Shown: positions 31,921-43,488, counted from the first letter of the stretch. The stretch is DNA of 64,000 bases from an uncultured Spirochaetota bacterium (GCA_963734495.1 CAVTHK010000009.1:192001-256000), one strand, 5' to 3'. The notes: generated by a model not told the origin, from the sequence alone. Made by a program: numbers and translations.

Positions 31921-31978
31921 GCGGCGCAGGACGCGCCCCGCGCTTTTCGCCGCTCCCGATTCCGGCTATAACACGTAC

Positions 31979-32869
31979 GTGGCTGTGCTCCTGCTGGTCT
32001 TCGGCGTGCTCGCGGGCTCGACGTCGGTGATCTTCAACAAGCTTTCGGCCGAGCACCCGTTGCTGCTCGCGGGCTGGAGGCAGCTCATCGCCGCGCTGGT
32101 CCTGCTTCCGCTCGCGCTGCGCGACAGGCGCGCGAGCGGCCTCACTCTGGCCGCCGCTTTGCGGCGCGCCGCGCTGCCCGGACTGGTGCTGGCCGTCCAC
32201 TTCATCACGTGGATCGCGGGAAGCCGGCAGACGCTGGCCGCCAACGCCGCGCTGATCGTGAACCTGGTCCCCGTCGTGATGCCCTTCCTGCTCGCGGTCG
32301 CCGTGGGCGAGCGCGTGAGCGGCGGCGAGATCGGCGGCTCGCTTCTGGCTCTCGCCGGCGTCGCCGTCCTCGCCGCGTCGGACCTCAGGCTGGGACCCAC
32401 GACCTGGGAAGGCGACCTGCTCTGCCTGCTCTCGATGCTGATGTACGCCGTGTACCTGGTGCTCGCCAGGCGCAACCGGTCCGGGGGCAGCGTGTGGACC
32501 TACGTCGTGCCTCTCTACGCGGTCGGAGGCCTCACCTGCCTCGCCCTCGCCGTGCCCTGGGCGAGCCCCTTCAAGGCGTACGCGCCGCGGGAGGCGCTCT
32601 ACATCCTCGGCCTCGCTCTCGTGCCGACCGTGATCGGGCACACGGTGCTCAATGCTTCCATGAGACGGCTGAGGGGACAGGTCGTGCCCGTGATCGGCAT
32701 GGGCGAGTTCGTGTTCTCGGGGATTCTCGCCTTCTTCATCCTGGGAGAGACGCCCTCGCGAATGTTCTATGCGGCCGCGGCCCTCGTGGTCCTCGGGGCG
32801 GTGATGACGGCCGTTGCCGGCGGCTCCGTGCAGGGCGCCGCCGGCGCGCCGCGCGGCTCGGGCTCGTAG
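31979..32869 (+). CDS. DMT/EamA family transporter
   Basis: About 10 TM helices in two EamA repeats; HFITW, GDLLCL, PTVIGHT..N. Confidence 0.85.
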   Translation: MAVLLLVFGVLAGSTSVIFNKLSAEHPLLLAGWRQLIAALVLLPLALRDRRASGLTLAAALRRAALPGLVLAVHFITWIAGSRQTLAANAALIVNLVPVVMPFLLAVAVGERVSGGEIGGSLLALAGVAVLAASDLRLGPTTWEGDLLCLLSMLMYAVYLVLARRNRSGGSVWTYVVPLYAVGGLTCLALAVPWASPFKAYAPREALYILGLALVPTVIGHTVLNASMRRLRGQVVPVIGMGEFVFSGILAFFILGETPSRMFYAAAALVVLGAVMTAVAGGSVQGAAGAPRGSGS

Positions 32870-32893
32870 AGGAGGAGGGCGCGGCCCGCTCCC

Positions 32894-33721
32894 ATGACGG
32901 AGTTCCTGATCAAGCTCGCCGTCACGATCTTTATCGTGCTCGCCCTCGCGGAGGTATCGCGTCGCGTGAGCCCGGGGCTCGCGGGGATCCTCTCGGGGCT
33001 GCCGCTGGGCGCGGGCCTCACCATGTACTTCGTGGCGCGGGAGCAGGGGAGCGCCTTCGCCCTTGCGGCCGTGCCGTGGGGGATCCTCGGCCTCTCATCG
33101 TCGATCGTCTTTTCGCTGGCCTACCTGCTCGTCGGCCGTGTCTTGCCCGCCGACGCGCGGCGCGGGCGGCTGCCCGCGGTGCTCGCCTGCACCGCGGCGT
33201 CGCTCGCCGCGTTCTTCGTCACCGCGGCTCTCTTTCGACGGCTCGCCGTGACGCTCGCGGCGAGCCTCGCGATCACGCTCGCGGTCGGGGCCGCGAACAT
33301 GATCGTGCTCCGCAGGCTCGGCATCGCCGATTCAGGCGGCGCCGGCAAGCCCTCCGGCTATCGCTCCCTGCTCCTGCGCGCCGTGGTCGCCGGCGCCATC
33401 GTGTGCGCGATCACCGGCGCGGCTCGCGCGGTGGGCAGCGCGTGGACCGGGCTCTTCAGCGGGTTCCCCGCGATGCTCATGCCGCTCTACATCGTGCTCC
33501 ACTATGAAGACGGCGACCGCCTCTACCCGGGAATCATCCACGGCTTCGCCTGGAGCGTCAGCAACCTGGTGCTCTTCTACCTCTCGATACTGCTCTTCGT
33601 GCCCCGGCTCGGGCTGGGTCTGAGCTTCGTGGCGATCTACGCGCTGTCCGGGCTGTACCTCTGGGCACTGAACGGGTTGAGGAGGCGCGTGACGCAGGGC
33701 ACGCGGCTCGGGCGCGGGTAG
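32894..33721 (+). CDS. Polytopic membrane protein with internal duplication, function unknown
   Basis: About 8-9 hydrophobic helices; repeated G(I/L)(L/F)SG(L/F)P motif. Confidence 0.7.
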   Translation: MTEFLIKLAVTIFIVLALAEVSRRVSPGLAGILSGLPLGAGLTMYFVAREQGSAFALAAVPWGILGLSSSIVFSLAYLLVGRVLPADARRGRLPAVLACTAASLAAFFVTAALFRRLAVTLAASLAITLAVGAANMIVLRRLGIADSGGAGKPSGYRSLLLRAVVAGAIVCAITGAARAVGSAWTGLFSGFPAMLMPLYIVLHYEDGDRLYPGIIHGFAWSVSNLVLFYLSILLFVPRLGLGLSFVAIYALSGLYLWALNGLRRRVTQGTRLGRG

Positions 33722-33740
33722 CGGCCGAGCTCGCAGCCGC

Positions 33741-33772
33741 GGCCCGGCGCGGGCCCGGCGCGGGCCCGGCGC
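33741..33772. repeat. 11-bp tandem repeat (GGCCCGGCGCG) x~3 abutting a TTGACA
   Basis: Copies at 33741, 33752 and 33763; TTGACA at 33775. Confidence 0.7.
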
Positions 33773-33811
33773 AGTTGACAGGTGCGCCGCCGCGACGCAG
33801 GCTCTCGTCCC

Positions 33812-34276
33812 GTGAAGCCCATCAGAAACTCCCTCAAGGCGATCGTCATCCGCGACGGGAAGCTGCTGGTCATCGGCAAGGAAGACACGAACGGCATGTA
33901 CTATCTGCTGCCGGGCGGCGGGCAGCTGCCGGGCGAGTGCTTCCGCGAGACGCTGGAGCGCGAGTGCCGCGAGGAGATCGGGGCCTCGGTGACCATGGGC
34001 CCGCTTCGATTCATCCGCGAGTACATCGGCAGGAACCACGAGTTCGCGGCCTTCGATGGCGACGTCCACCAGGTTGACCTGATGTTCGCCTGCGACCTTG
34101 TCGGCGACTACGCGGAACCCGCGAGCGGGCACGAGCCGGACACAGGTCAGGTGGGCGTCTACTGGCTGGAGCTCGAAAGGCTCATGGACTATCGGCTGTA
34201 CCCGATGGCGCTGCGGCCTCTCCTGATGGACAGGGAAGGGCCCGCGCCTCCCATCTATCTCGGCGACGTGAACTGA
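33812..34276 (+). CDS. NUDIX hydrolase
   Basis: Nudix box LPGGGQLPGECFRETLERECREEIG. Confidence 0.9.
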   Translation: MKPIRNSLKAIVIRDGKLLVIGKEDTNGMYYLLPGGGQLPGECFRETLERECREEIGASVTMGPLRFIREYIGRNHEFAAFDGDVHQVDLMFACDLVGDYAEPASGHEPDTGQVGVYWLELERLMDYRLYPMALRPLLMDREGPAPPIYLGDVN

Positions 34277-34303
34277 GGGAGCGCGGCCTTCCGGCCCTGC
34301 CCC

Positions 34304-35438
34304 TTACAGCCAGCCGGTGGCGCGCGCGAGCAGTCCCGTGTAGCGCACAAAGTCGGGCCAGGAGACGTCGGCCGGCACCCCGTGGTCGCACGAGGGGATG
34401 TAGCCGCCGTCCCTGATGACCGGCTCGAGCCGGGCGATCTCGTCCTCGATCGCGCGGCCGCCCCTGGCCATGGCCCTCTTGTCGACGCCGCCCTTGTACG
34501 CGATGGCGCGTCCGAATCGGCGGCGCAGAGCCGGCAGATCGTTGCCGGCGGCCGCTTCCATGGGGTCGCAAGCGTTGAGCCCCGCCTCGATCCAGAGCGG
34601 GATGAGCTCGCCCACGAAGCCGTCGGAGTCCATCGAGTAGACCGGGACGCCGGCGCCGCGCACGATCTCGCCCCACCGCCGCCAGACCGGGAGCAGGAAC
34701 TCCCGGGCCATCGCGGGCGAGATCATCGAGAACGACTTGTAGGCCATGTCTTCGCTGAGGCCGATCTCGTCGGGCACGAAGACCGCGAGCGTGTTGCGCA
34801 GGAGGCGCGCGACGTAGTCCGCCCAGAAGTCGATCATCTCGTGGAGGAACGCGGGGTCGTCGTAGAAGAGCGTGCAGAGGCGCTCGAAGCCCAGCCACTC
34901 GCGCAGCTGCCAGAAGGGACCCGAAAATCGAAGGGCGACCCAGTGCGTGCGCCCCGCGAGTCGGGCACCCAGCCTCCGCGGCGCCGGCCGGCAGCCGCGA
35001 CGGATCGTCGGCATCGTACCGCCTGCGCATCTCCTTCCAGTCCGCGCGCGACTCGACGGGACACTTGATCCATCGGCGCGTCACGAAGTCGATGGCTTCG
35101 CGAAGGTATTCAGTCGTGAACTGCGACGAGATCTCGCAGACGTTGCCCTTCCAGTCCTGGACGATCTGGGTGTCGCCCCGCCGCTCGAGCACCTTCTCCT
35201 CGAACTGCGGGATCATGCGCTCGTTGACGCGGAAGCCCGGGCCGCCCTCGGGCCAGGCGAGCGTCCCGCCCGCGAGGCGATAGGCGCGCTCGGGGATCTG
35301 CTCCGGGGCCACGTCCCGCGGCAGGCCCTGGCGGTGCCAGGCCTCGCGCGTCGATTTGCGGCCCCAGCCCGGCTCGAGCGGGACCCTGTCCGGCGAGCCG
35401 AAGCTGAGCGTCGCGCCGGTCCGCTCTCTTGGCGTCAT
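34304..35438 (-). CDS. Uroporphyrinogen decarboxylase (UroD/MtaA-CmuA) family protein; frameshift near 34980
   Basis: MTPRER, EDMAYK..MISP...EF, DSDG, GGVDK, GGYIPSCDHGVP. Confidence 0.82.
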
Positions 35439-35490
35439 GCCGGCGAGGCTAACATCCCGCGAGGAAGCGGCGCAACGGCCGGCAACCGGG

Positions 35491-36407
35491 TCATCGGACG
35501 ACCGCCGGCGCGATCTCCCGCGGTCCGCCGGCGTCGATCAGCGCGGCGGGCTTTGCGCGATCCGACGTGCTCGCGCACCAGGGCCGCTGATCGCGGTCGA
35601 TCGCGAGCACGGTGACCATGCTGCCGGGGAGGCGTCCGCTCTGCGGGCAGGTCGCGGAGGGCCCAGGCGCAGGCCTCCTCCACGCCGCGGCCCATCTCCA
35701 TCTGCAGCACGATGGCTCGCGCGGTGGAGGCGCGGATCGTGAGCTCCCCGTGGCCGACGCACGCCGCGGCGCCGAAGCGGTTGTCGCAGTAGTTGCCCGC
35801 GCCCGGCGATCGGCGAGTCGCCCACGCGGCCGGGATATTTCCACGCCCACCCGCTGGTGCTCACGGCGCTCGCAAAGTCGCCGCGAGCGTCGACGCCGAT
35901 CACGTCGACCGTTCCGGCGGCGCGCGACGCGTCCTCGAGCAGGAGCGCGTGCCGCGCCATCCGCTCGCGGGCGAGCAGAGCCGGGACCTCGCCTTCGGGT
36001 ACGGTCGCGGCGAGGCGCGCCTTCCATGCGGCGGCAGCTTCCGCGGTCAGCAGGTCTTCCTCAGCGAAGCCCATTTCGCGCGCGAAATCCTCGGCCCCCC
36101 TGCCCACGAGCAGGACGTGGGGCAGATGCTCCATGACGCGGCGCGCGACGGAGATCGGGTGGCCGTATCGTCGGACGGCGGCCACGGCCCCGCAGGCGCG
36201 GGTGCGGCCGTCCATGATGCTGGCGTCGAGCTCGACTTCGCCGGCGAGGTTCGGAAAGCCGCCGATGCCGACGCTGTGCTCGGCAAGGTCCGCCTCGACC
36301 TCGCGCGCGACCGCTTCGACCGCGTCGAGGGCCCTGCCGCCGCCGAGGAGGACGCGCCAGCCGGCCTGCAGGTAACCGCGCGCGTTGTGGGTGCCCGCTA
36401 TGATCAT
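35491..36407 (-). CDS. Isoaspartyl peptidase / L-asparaginase (Ntn hydrolase, asparaginase 2 family); frameshifted
   Basis: SVGIGG.PN..GEVELDASIMDG, HVLLVG.GA, GTV, STSG..KYPGRVGDSPI. Confidence 0.85.
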
Positions 36408-36657
36408 CGCTGCCCTCCGGAGAGCGCACTCGATCATGCACGGAGCGCCCATGGCCGCCAAGCGGGTCGCTCCGGACGGGGGCGCGGCGCGGCCGGTGAG
36501 CCTTCACCATTTCACTTCACCATGGCCCCCTTGCCCCGCCCTGACGACATCCCTGTCTGGGCGGGGCCCGGGCCCTCCCTGGCCCTTGACTTGGCGGAGA
36601 AAGGCGTCGAGTATCGGGGCAGTCTTTGCGGTGCGCCGTCCGCTCAAGGAGGCTGTG

Positions 36658-37059
36658 ATGGGGGGTGAAGTCGTCGTCCATGCCCTCCTGTGCGCCGACC
36701 GGGTGATCGTCGAGAACAACGGGAAGAAGGGCGTCATCGGCGTCTTCGACCGCCTCGCCCTGCCCAAGCTTCCCGCGCAGTCGCCTCCCTGGTTCATCTT
36801 CGCCCAGCTCGCCAACATCACGGGAAAGCACTCCGTCGTGTTCAACCTCGTCAACGACGAGACGACCGAGGTGGCATTCTCGGTGTCCGGCGACGTCGAC
36901 GTGCCGGAGGACAAGGACACCGTCGACCTGCACATCATGGTGGGCGGGTTCCGGATCGCCCGCTACGGCAGGTACAACCTCCTGATGAACGTGGACGGCA
37001 GCATCGCGCACGGACGGACGCTCCACGTCGTCAATCCCGCCCCCGAAACGAGCCAGTGA
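36658..37059 (+). CDS. Small beta-rich hypothetical protein (DUF6941-like)
   Basis: AAGGAGG RBS; ALLCADRVIVENNGKKGVIGVFD, G.Y.L..DG. Confidence 0.65.
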   Translation: MGGEVVVHALLCADRVIVENNGKKGVIGVFDRLALPKLPAQSPPWFIFAQLANITGKHSVVFNLVNDETTEVAFSVSGDVDVPEDKDTVDLHIMVGGFRIARYGRYNLLMNVDGSIAHGRTLHVVNPAPETSQ

Positions 37060-37143
37060 CCGTCGCGGCCGCCCGCGCCGCCTGATCCGCACAGTTCGAA
37101 GCGCCGGACGCCGCCGCGCCATTGAAACCGGTGGGAGGGTCGC

Positions 37144-37812
37144 GTGGCGGAGGCTCGCGCCTTTGTCCGGGACTTGCCGCGGGTCGACAGGCCGCGTGAG
37201 AAGCTGCTGGGACGCGGACCGGCGGCGCTGAGCAGCGCGGAGCTGATCGCCCTGATGCTGCGCTCGGGAAGCCGGGGGCAGGGCGTGCTCGCGGCGGCCG
37301 ACGCGGTCGCGGCGCTGCTGGACGGGCCGGAGCCGGTGGACGGCGCCAGGCTGCAGGCGATCCCCGGCGTCGGCGTTGCGGGAGCGTGCAGCGTGATGGC
37401 CGGGCTCGAGCTCGGCCGCCGGCTGGTCGCGAGCCGCGGCCCCAGGATGCGCCAGCCGGCCGACGTGGTGGCGCTGCTCGGCCGGTTGCGCTCGCTCAGG
37501 CAGGAGCAGTTCGTCGTGCTCACGGCGGACGGCGACGGGCACCTGCTGCGCAGGCAGACGGTGTTCGTCGGGACGCTCGATCGCTGCCTCGTGCATCCCC
37601 GCGAAGTCTTCGCCGAGGCGATCGCGGACAGGGCGGCGTCGCTGTTCCTCGCGCACAACCACCCGTCGGGCAACGAGCAGCCGAGCGACGACGATATCGC
37701 GGTGACGCGGCGGCTGGTCGAGGTCGGGGAGGTGATGGGGATCCAGGTGCGCGACCACCTGATCGTGACGCGGGGCTCCTACTACAGTTTCCGCGAGCAC
37801 GAGCTGCTGTAG
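37144..37812 (+). CDS. radC: RadC family JAB-domain protein
   Basis: RPREKL..GP.ALS..ELIA, HhH GVG, VHPREVF, AHNHPSG..PS.DD, DHLIV. Confidence 0.92.
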   Translation: MAEARAFVRDLPRVDRPREKLLGRGPAALSSAELIALMLRSGSRGQGVLAAADAVAALLDGPEPVDGARLQAIPGVGVAGACSVMAGLELGRRLVASRGPRMRQPADVVALLGRLRSLRQEQFVVLTADGDGHLLRRQTVFVGTLDRCLVHPREVFAEAIADRAASLFLAHNHPSGNEQPSDDDIAVTRRLVEVGEVMGIQVRDHLIVTRGSYYSFREHELL

Positions 37813-37870
37813 CGGTGCCGCCCGGGCCTGCACCGCGGGCCGGCGGCGTGCTAAACTGCGTCGCAGCGTC

Positions 37871-38284
37871 ATGAACCGCACAGCGCTCGTGTCCGCGATC
37901 GAAGAAAGCGTCCGCCTCTCTTTTGCCCGCTCGGGCGGGCCCGGCGGGCAGAACGTCAACCGCCGCGCGACCAAGGCCACGGCGCGCCTCCGGGTAGGCA
38001 GCCTGGCCTTCCTGAGCGAGGAGCAGCGGGCCCGCGTCCGGGCCCGCCTCGCGTCACGCATCAACCTGGAGGACGAGATCGTCGTTCAGGTTTCGGAGGA
38101 GCGGCAGCAGCTCGCCAACCGCCGGACCGCCGTCGAACGGCTGGCGCAGCTGCTCGACGGCGCGCTGCGCGTGCCCCGCCGGCGCAAGCCGACTCGGCCG
38201 AGCATGGCGTCGCGCCGGCGGCGCCTCGAGGAGAAGAAGCGGCGAGGGGAAGCCAAGAGGCGACGCAGCGCCCTCGACGAGTAG
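37871..38284 (+). CDS. arfB: Alternative ribosome rescue peptidyl-tRNA hydrolase
   Basis: RSGGPGGQNVN; basic tail RKPTRPS...RRLEEKKRRGEAKRRR. Confidence 0.92.
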   Translation: MNRTALVSAIEESVRLSFARSGGPGGQNVNRRATKATARLRVGSLAFLSEEQRARVRARLASRINLEDEIVVQVSEERQQLANRRTAVERLAQLLDGALRVPRRRKPTRPSMASRRRRLEEKKRRGEAKRRRSALDE

Positions 38285-38320
38285 GCCGGGCGCGGTCCGC
38301 CGTACGCAGGCCGGGCGCGC

Positions 38321-39788
38321 CTACGAGACCTCGGGCAGCGTCGGCGGCTCCCGCCTGAGCGTCGCCTGCTCCAGGCCAAAGGCGAGGCGGATCAGCGTCG
38401 GCTCGCTCCACGCGGGACCGGTGAGCGTGACCCCGTAAGGGGCGCGCCCCCGCGGGCTGGCCCAGAATCCGGCCGGCACCGTGACGGAGGGATAGCCCGC
38501 CCTGGCCGCGATGGCGCACCCCTCGATGCCGGGAAAGAGCACCGCGTCCAGGTGGTGCGTCTCGAAGACCGCGTCCAGGCCGTGCGTGCGGCAGAGCCGA
38601 AGGTCGCGCAGCCGCGCCTCGATGTACTCGGGCTCGAGGAGGCTTCCCGACGTCAGCCTCTCGGCGCGGACGAGCACCGTCTGCCCGTAGCGCAGGCAGC
38701 GTCGCTTGTTCGCACGGTTGAAGGCGACGATGTCGGCGAGCGAGCGGACGGGCGCGGTCTCGCCGAGCTCCGCCAGGTAAGCGTTGATGGCGGACTTGAA
38801 CTCGTAGAGCATGACGTCCGGCCTCGTCCCCTGGGCCGCGGTCGGGATGTCCGCGGGGTCGACGACGATCGCGCCCTCGTCCCGCAGCGTCCCGACCATC
38901 TCTTCCACCAGCGCCCTCTGCCCGCTGGCGATCCGGTCGAAGAAGACCAGGCGCGGCACGCCGATGCGCGCGCCCGCCAGGCCGCCGGGGGCGCAGCAGC
39001 TCGCGTAGTCCTGCGGGATGAGCCCCTCGGCCGCGCCGGTGGCCGGGTCGCGCGGGTCGGGGCCGGCGAGGGCGCCGAGCAGCGCGGCCGCGTCCGCCGC
39101 GGTGCGCGCGATCGGGCCCGCCGTGTCCTGGCTGTAGGATATCGGGACGATCCCCGAACGGCTCACGAGCCCGACGGTCGGTTTGATGCCCACCACCGCG
39201 TTCGCGCACGCCGGGCTGAGGATCGATCCCGAGGTCTCGGTCCCCACCGCGGCGGCGCACAGGCTGGCGGCCGCGGCCACCGCGGACCCCGAGCTCGATC
39301 CGCCGGGGTCGAGCCGGCCCGGGCCGTAGGGGTTGAGCACCTGGCCCCCGCGCGAGCTGTAGCCGCCCGGCATGTCCTTCGCCATGAAGTTGGCGAGCTC
39401 CGTCAGGTTGGCCTTGGCGAGGATCACGGCGCCCGCGGCCCGCAGTCGGGCCACGAGACCCGCGTCGCGCCGCGCGTACGAGCCCGCCAGCGCGAGGGCG
39501 CCCGCGCTCGTGTGCATGCGGTCCGCGGTATCGATGTTGTCCTTGAGCACGACGGGGATTCCGTGCAGCGGTCCGCGCGTCCCGGCCGAGCGCGCGCTCG
39601 CGGTCGAGGGTGTCGGCGATCGCCGGCGCATCCGGGTTGAGCTCGATCAGCGAGCGCAGGCAGGGCCCGCCCCTGTCGAGGGCGGCGATGCGCCGCATGT
39701 AGCCGAGCACCAGCTCGCGCGAAGTGGTCTCCCCGGCAGCCATCGCCCGCGCCATCTCCGCGATGGTCGCCTCGTCGAGGCGGAACAT
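38321..39788 (-). CDS. Amidase (amidase signature family); frameshift near 39590
   Basis: [40 protein letters not shown]. Confidence 0.9.
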
Positions 39789-39983
39789 GGACCCTCCCGC
39801 GCGGTCAGGCCTTCCGCGGGCGCGTGGAACGATGCGGCGCCGGTTCGCGTGGCCCGAGGGCGTCGACTGACCGTACCGCAGCGGCCGCCGCCTGACAAGA
39901 CGCGCGCGTCAGGAGCCGGGGACCGCGCAGCCCCCTCGTGACAACAGGCGGCGTCGGGAGTAGAGTGGTGCGAGGAGGAGAGC

Positions 39984-40913
39984 TTGTCCACCGCGGCCCG
40001 CAGGGCGACCGGCGGCCTTTGGTCCAGGGTCTGGAAGGAGCGCTGGCTGTTCATCATGCTCCTGCCCGGCCTCTTGTACTTTGTCGTGTACAAGTACGTC
40101 CCCATGGCCGGCCTGGTCATGGCGTTCGAGAACTACCAGCCGCGCGCCGGCTTCTTCCGCAGCGAGTGGGTGGGCCTCAAGCACTTCGCGCGCCTGGTGG
40201 CAGAGCCGGAGTTCTGGCTGCTGTTCCGCAACACGATGCTCCTGGCCGTCTACAGCGTCGTCTTCTACTTCCCGATCCCGGTCGCGCTGGCGCTGCTGAT
40301 GAACGAGCTGCGGGTCACCGGTTTCAAGCGCCTGGTGCAGACGGTGACCTATCTCCCGCACTTCCTCTCGTGGGTCGTCGTCGTCGGGCTCACGCAGAAC
40401 CTGCTCTCCATCGATGACGGCCTGGTCAACCAGCTGTTCGCCGCCGTGGGCGGGCAGAAGATCAACTACCTCATGTCGCCCGCCTGGTTCCGGCCCGTCG
40501 TCGTGATGCAGGACGTCTGGAAGGACGCCGGCTGGGGCTCGATCATCTTTCTCGCCGCGCTCGCGGGGGTGGACGTCGAGCTCTATGAATCCGCGGTCAT
40601 CGAAGGCGCCAACCGCTGGAAGCAGCTGCTCTACATCACGCTGCCTTCGATCCAGAGCACGATCGTGATCATCCTGATCCTGCGTCTCGGCCGCTTTCTC
40701 GACGTGAGGCTCGAGCAGATCCTGCTCATGGTCAACCCGCTGAACCAGGAGGTGGGGGACGTCTTCGACACGTACGTCTACGTCGCGGGGATCCTGCAGG
40801 CGCAGTTCAGCTACAGCGCCGCCGTGGGGATGTTCAAGAGCGTCGTCGGCCTCGTGATGGTCCTGGGATCGAACTGGCTGGCGAGGCGTGTGGGCGAGGA
40901 AGGCGTGTTCTAG
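39984..40913 (+). CDS. Carbohydrate ABC permease (LplB/YteP-like)
   Basis: SEWVGLKHF, YLPHFLSWVVV, WKDAGWGSIIFLAAL, LYESAVIEGA. Confidence 0.92.
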   Translation: MSTAARRATGGLWSRVWKERWLFIMLLPGLLYFVVYKYVPMAGLVMAFENYQPRAGFFRSEWVGLKHFARLVAEPEFWLLFRNTMLLAVYSVVFYFPIPVALALLMNELRVTGFKRLVQTVTYLPHFLSWVVVVGLTQNLLSIDDGLVNQLFAAVGGQKINYLMSPAWFRPVVVMQDVWKDAGWGSIIFLAALAGVDVELYESAVIEGANRWKQLLYITLPSIQSTIVIILILRLGRFLDVRLEQILLMVNPLNQEVGDVFDTYVYVAGILQAQFSYSAAVGMFKSVVGLVMVLGSNWLARRVGEEGVF

Positions 40914-41025
40914 GGATGGACCGGCTGGATTTCGAAGCGGATCTCGCGGCCTGCGGGCCGGCTCGGGCGCGGTCCGGCCGAAGCGCCGCGCGATCGGCGG
41001 GGGAAGCCCGAGAGGCTGCCGGATC

Positions 41026-41885
41026 ATGAGCATCGTGCACGACCGCTCCGTCGCAAGCCGCGCCGCGGACATCCTCATCTGGCTCGTTCTGATCCTGACG
41101 ATCGTCGTCGTCGGGGTGCCGATCCTCTACGTGCTGCAGGCTTCGTTCTCGGACAGCACGGCGATCATCCCTCGGACTGGTCGCTGGCCGCCTACCGGTA
41201 CACCATCCAGTCGCAGGCGATCTGGCGCAGCCTCGGCGTGTCGGTCTACATCACGGTGCTCGGCACGCTCATCAGCCTGGTCCTCTCGTCGCTCACGGCG
41301 TACTCTCTTTCGCATCGGGCGCTGCCCGGCCGCCGCGGTTTCCTGGCGCTCGTCGTGTTCACGATGCTCTTCAACGGCGGCATCATCCCGACGTACTTCG
41401 TGGTGCGAGCCACCGGGCTGATGAACACCCTGTGGGCGATCATGATCCCCAACGCGATCAATGCCTTCAACATGATCGTGCTGCGCAACTTTTTCCAGAA
41501 CATCCCCGAGAGCCTGCGGGAGTCCGCCAAGATCGACGGCTGCCCCGAGCCTGTGATCCTCTGGCGGATCATCGCGCCGCTGGCGCTGCCGGCTCTCGCC
41601 GCCTTTGCGCTGTTCTACGCCGTGGAGAAGTGGAATATCTATTTCAACGCCCTGCTGTATCTCTCGGACTCGCGCAAGTGGCCGGTCCAGGTGCAGCTGA
41701 GGCAGATCCTGTTCGCTCAGACCGGGCTGCTGGGCGAGTCGAGGTCCGACGAGATGATCGCGCTCACGAGCCTCAGCATCCGCTCGGCCGTCATCGTCGT
41801 TTCGACCGTGCCGATCGTGCTGGTCTACCCCTTTCTCCAGAGGCACTTCGTCAAGGGCCTCCTCGTGGGATCGATCAAAGGTTGA
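41026..41885 (+). CDS. Carbohydrate ABC permease (LplC/YtcP-like); frameshift near 41175
   Basis: FTMLFNGGIIPTY, IPESLRESAKIDG, YPFLQRHFVKGLLVGSIKG. Confidence 0.88.
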
Positions 41886-41938
41886 AGGTTTGACGCGGTC
41901 GGTATGACCGCGCGATAACTGTGGCAGGAGGAGTTTCC

Positions 41939-43424
41939 ATGAAGAAGGTCTGCGTCATCGCGGTGGTGGCGCTGGCGGCTGCGGCCGCGGCGTTCGCGAG
42001 CGGAAAGCAGGAGGCGGGGGCCGCGGCGGGCGCGCCGCTCGAAATCCGCATCCTGACCAACTGGGACGGCGCCCAGGTCCAGCAAAAGGACAACGTCGCC
42101 GAGCAGTACATCGAAAAGTACACCAACACCAAGCTGGACATGGAGTGGGTGACCGGCGGAGTGTTCGAGAACGAGATCCTGCCGGTCAAGATCGCGAGCG
42201 GCGATCTTCCCGACATGGTCGGCTTCGGCGGCAGCATCCGCCTGTCCTACATGCTGCAGGCGTTCGCCGACGGGGTGTTCTGGGACATCACGGACCTGCA
42301 TCAAGGACACCAAGTACCTCTCGCAGCTCAGCCCGACCACGATTGCGAACGCGAAGATCGACGGCAAGCTGTACGGGGTCCCGCGCAGCCGGCCGGTGGC
42401 GCGCCGCGCGTTCCCGTACCGCCGCGACTGGGGGACCAAGTTCGGGCTGTCCGAGCCCAAGACCCTGGACGAGTTCTACCGCTACCTCAAGGCCGCCACG
42501 CTGCAGGACCCGGACGGCAACGGCCAGAACGACACCTACGGGATGATGTACTTCGAGGACGTCATGTTCGGCACGGCGTTCGGGGCGCCGAATAACTGGG
42601 GCGCGGGCGACGGCAAGTTCGTCAAGGCCGAGGACACCCCCGAGTACCTCGAGGCGCTCAAGTACCTGCGCAAGATGTACCAGGAAAAGATCATCCACCC
42701 CGAGTTCCCGATCAAGAAGCGCAACGACGCGGTCGACGCCTTTGCCGCCGGCAAGATCGCGACACTCGTCTACAACACGCAGGGCATCGCCCCCACGGTG
42801 AACGGGCTCACCAGGAAGGACCCCAAGGCCGACGGCTGGGGGTTCTCCCTGCTCTCCGGACCCAAGGGCAGCTTTATCCCCGGCGAGCGCGGCTTTAACG
42901 GGATTCTCGCGATCCCGAAGAACAGCGTAAAGAGCCTCGACAAGGTCAAGGCGATGCTCGCGTTCCTCGACAAGATGAACGACCCGACCATGTCGACGTT
43001 CCTGTACTGGGGCATCGAGGGCAAGCACTACAAGGTCGTCAACGGCAAGGCGGTCGGGATCCCCGAGGGCCGCGCCGAGTACGACGAGCTGGTCGGCTAC
43101 GCTTACAAGTCGCCCCTCAAGGCGCTCCTGCCCCAGACCAACGTGATGCCGAGCGAGTTCGACCCGCTGGTCCAGCTCGGCCTGGATCTCGAGCAGTCGA
43201 ACATCAAGTACGCGGTGCCGGATCCGGCCGAGCCGCTCAACTCCAAGACCTGGATGGAGAAGGGCTCCCAGCTTACCAAGATCCTCACCGATGCCAAGAC
43301 CAAGTTCATCACCGGGCAGATCGACGAGGCCGCGTGGGCCGATCAGGTCAAGCGTTTCCGCGACAGCGGCGGGGCCCAGGTGGCCGCCGAGCTCGCCGAC
43401 GCCTATGCGAAGATGAAGAAGTAG
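41939..43424 (+). CDS. Carbohydrate ABC substrate-binding protein (LplA/YtcQ-like); frameshift near 42297
   Basis: Signal FASGKQE; ASGDLPD, DGKLYGVP, YRRDW..KFGL..PKTLDE, DPDGNGQNDTYG, YWGIEGKHY. Confidence 0.88.
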
Positions 43425-43454
43425 CAGCGCGCCCCCGAGGTGCGCGTCGAACCG

Positions 43455-43488
43455 GGACCGTCCCCCCTGGGGGGACGGTCCTTTTTTT
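43455..43488 (+). terminator. Intrinsic terminator
   Basis: ggaccgtcccccc-t-ggggggacggtcc followed by T7. Confidence 0.9.

Noticed and set aside
36658..37812. radC as a marker of a mobile or anti-restriction element
   Set aside because: It is the full-length chromosomal type with an N-terminal HhH region, and no mobile-element genes are nearby
6432..43424. CUT1 ABC operons lacking an ATPase gene
   Set aside because: Ordinary: such systems commonly share a MalK/MsmX-type ATPase encoded elsewhere
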